DNA from: Escherichia coli
GTDB lineage: Bacteria; Pseudomonadota; Gammaproteobacteria; Enterobacterales; Enterobacteriaceae
Strand: one strand, 5' to 3'
DNA length: 64,000 nucleotides
Assembly: GCF_003334335.1 (NCBI RefSeq)
Contig: NZ_QOWQ01000007.1
Positions 62,167-64,000 of this stretch are shown here, in pieces (the first letter of the stretch is position 1; each line of letters starts with the position of its first letter). The translations under genes were made by a program, and so were the position numbers. The notes beneath the pieces are model-generated. The model was not told the origin of the DNA, did no database searches, and worked only from the letters and a program-made list of their open reading frames with translations.

Positions 62167-62715
62167 ATGCAATTTAATATCCCTACGTTGCTTACACTGT
62201 TCCGTGTCATCCTTATCCCATTCTTTGTATTGGTCTTTTATCTGCCTGTCACCTGGTCGCCGTTTGCCGCCGCGCTCATTTTCTGCGTCGCGGCGGTGAC
62301 TGACTGGTTCGATGGTTTTCTGGCACGCCGCTGGAACCAGAGTACCCGGTTTGGTGCTTTCCTTGACCCTGTGGCAGATAAAGTTCTCGTGGCTATCGCC
62401 ATGGTGCTGGTAACCGAGCATTATCACAGCTGGTGGGTGACATTACCGGCGGCAACGATGATCGCCCGTGAAATTATTATTTCTGCGCTACGCGAATGGA
62501 TGGCGGAGTTGGGTAAACGCAGTAGCGTGGCCGTCTCCTGGATTGGGAAAGTGAAAACCACTGCCCAGATGGTGGCGTTGGCATGGCTGCTGTGGCGTCC
62601 GAACATTTGGGTTGAGTACGCCGGTATTGCACTTTTCTTTGTGGCTGCGGTACTGACTCTGTGGTCAATGTTGCAATATTTGAGCGCTGCGCGTGCAGAT
62701 TTGCTTGATCAGTGA
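62167..62715 (+). CDS. pgsA: CDP-diacylglycerol--glycerol-3-phosphate 3-phosphatidyltransferase
   Basis: 182-aa multi-TM ORF with CDP-alcohol phosphatidyltransferase motif ([10 protein letters not shown]). Confidence 0.9.
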
Positions 62716-62866
62716 TCGTTTCGGCGCAATTTTCAGCAAACGATCAAAAGTGGTGAAAAATATCGTTGACTCATCGCGCCAGGTAAGTAGAATGCAACGC
62801 ATCGAACGGCGGCACTGATTGCCAGACGATAATAAAATCAAGTGATTAACTGATTGCTTGATGAAT

Positions 62867-62951
<85 letters not shown>

Positions 62952-62996
62952 ACATCGGCCTCAAGCGGATGTCTGGCTGAAAGGCCTGAAGAATTT

Positions 62997-63070
62997 GGCG
63001 CGTTAACAAAGCGGTTATGTAGCGGATTGCAAATCCGTCTAGTCCGGTTCGACTCCGGAACGCGCCTCCA
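62997..63070 (+). tRNA. cysT: tRNA-Cys (GCA)
   Basis: GGCGCGTTAACAAAGCGGTTATGTAGCGGATTGCAAATCCGTCTAGTCCGGTTCGACTCCGGAACGCGCCTCCA. Confidence 0.95.
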
Positions 63071-63082
63071 CTTTCTTCCCGA

Positions 63083-63169
63083 GCCCGGATGGTGGAATCG
63101 GTAGACACAAGGGATTTAAAATCCCTCGGCGTTCGCGCTGTGCGGGTTCAAGTCCCGCTCCGGGTACCA
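63083..63169 (+). tRNA. leuZ: tRNA-Leu (UAA)
   Basis: GCCCGGATGGTGGAATCGGTAGACACAAGGGATTTAAAATCCCTCGGCG...GGGTACCA, 87 nt with long variable arm. Confidence 0.95.
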
Positions 63170-63237
63170 TGGGAAAGATAAGAATAAAATCAAAGCAATA
63201 AGCAGTGTCGTGAAACCACCTTCGGGTGGTTTTTTTG
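63170..63237 (+). ncRNA. 3' external transcribed spacer of the glyW-cysT-leuZ transcript (3'ETS-leuZ sRNA sponge) with terminator
   Basis: Segment between leuZ CCA end and the accacc-ttcg-ggtggt + TTTTTTT terminator (63215-63237); function by analogy with the described 3'ETS-leuZ. Confidence 0.5.
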
Positions 63238-64000
63238 TTCTTGTGTTTTTGTATGTGGCGGTAACGTGGCGATGGTATGGCGATATGTAGGAGCAAGAGT
63301 AAAGCAGGCTCAGTAGCAATTGCCTTTGCTGTCATAACTGCGCTTTTACTACTCTCGGTGTTATCCACAGTTTGTTGGTGTGGATTGCTTTCAATGATGC
63401 TGAAAAGAAAAGCCCGCAGTTTTTACGCTACGGGCTTTGTTTTTCTTTGTGACTTGCGTGTGAGGGTGCTACTTTCGGCCTTACCCTGGCAACCGATTGA
63501 CGGGGGATTGCTCCCCCGTCGCGGTTTCTTACGGTTTACACTGCAAGAACGCCGCAAATTCTGACCACATGATGTTAAGTCTGAACTCACACGGTGAACG
63601 GTGTATCATCCAGACGGTCAACAACATGGTTAAGCATAAAATGCTCACGATGATCGTTTTTTGCGGCATAGCGCTTGCTCCTTTTTCAAAGAGGCGCTAA
63701 CCTTCCACTTGTCACGGTTAGATGGTCAGGGCCTCGGGTTAAACAATATGTTTGACTCGGGGCCTTTCCACATCCGGCCTTCAGGTAATCCTTCCAGCCG
63801 TCAGCCGAAAGGCACCCGCGCGTAATGTACAGTTTTTGACTGGGAGGCGCAATCGCCCAGGGGGAGGCTGAGTTGATCCCTTCCCCGGTGGCATGATTTG
63901 AAAGCGTCTGCGGGGACGACTCCCATAAGCGCTAACTTAAGGGTTGTGGTATTACGCCTGATATGATTTAACGTGCCGATGAATTACTCTCACGATAACT

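Noticed and set aside
63277-63700. 95-aa and 67-aa ORFs downstream of leuZ
   Set aside because: No convincing ribosome-binding sites and overlapping hairpins; kept only as part of the finding on this unexplained region.

Overview
This window reads as a well-known stretch of Escherichia coli core chromosome around flagellar region III, in the opposite orientation to K-12 numbering, and I found no convincing previously undescribed system in it. Gene calls rest on the supplied ORF track plus my recognition of the translated proteins and of K-12 gene order; no database search was run, and all comparisons to K-12 are from memory. Gene order is amn(partial)-shiA-yeeL-yeeJ-asnT-mtfA-serU-yodB-zinT-msrQP-hiuH-hprRS-hchA-yedS-yedR-yedJ-dcm-vsr-yedA-yedI-yodC-dgcQ-yedP-dsrA-yodD-dsrB-rcsA-fliRQPONMLKJIHGF-fliE-yedK-yedF-yedE-yedD-amyA-fliTSD-fliC-fliAZ-tcyJ-dcyD-tcyLN-sdiA-yecF-uvrY-uvrC-pgsA-glyW-cysT-leuZ. 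Five tRNAs, the DsrA sRNA, sigma-28 promoters, REP elements and several terminators are directly visible. No CRISPR array, IS element or integrase was seen. What is worth a second look is strain-specific variation: (1) a long yeeJ adhesin allele with an in-frame 609-bp tandem duplication; (2) an intact, AT-rich yeeL glycosyltransferase next to yeeJ; (3) an intact yedS porin; (4) a short fliE-yedK junction lacking the K-12 cryptic-prophage genes; (5) a serotype-variable fliC; (6) about 740 bp with no long ORF downstream of the leuZ terminator. Several ORF-track N-termini are over-extended and need internal or non-ATG starts.
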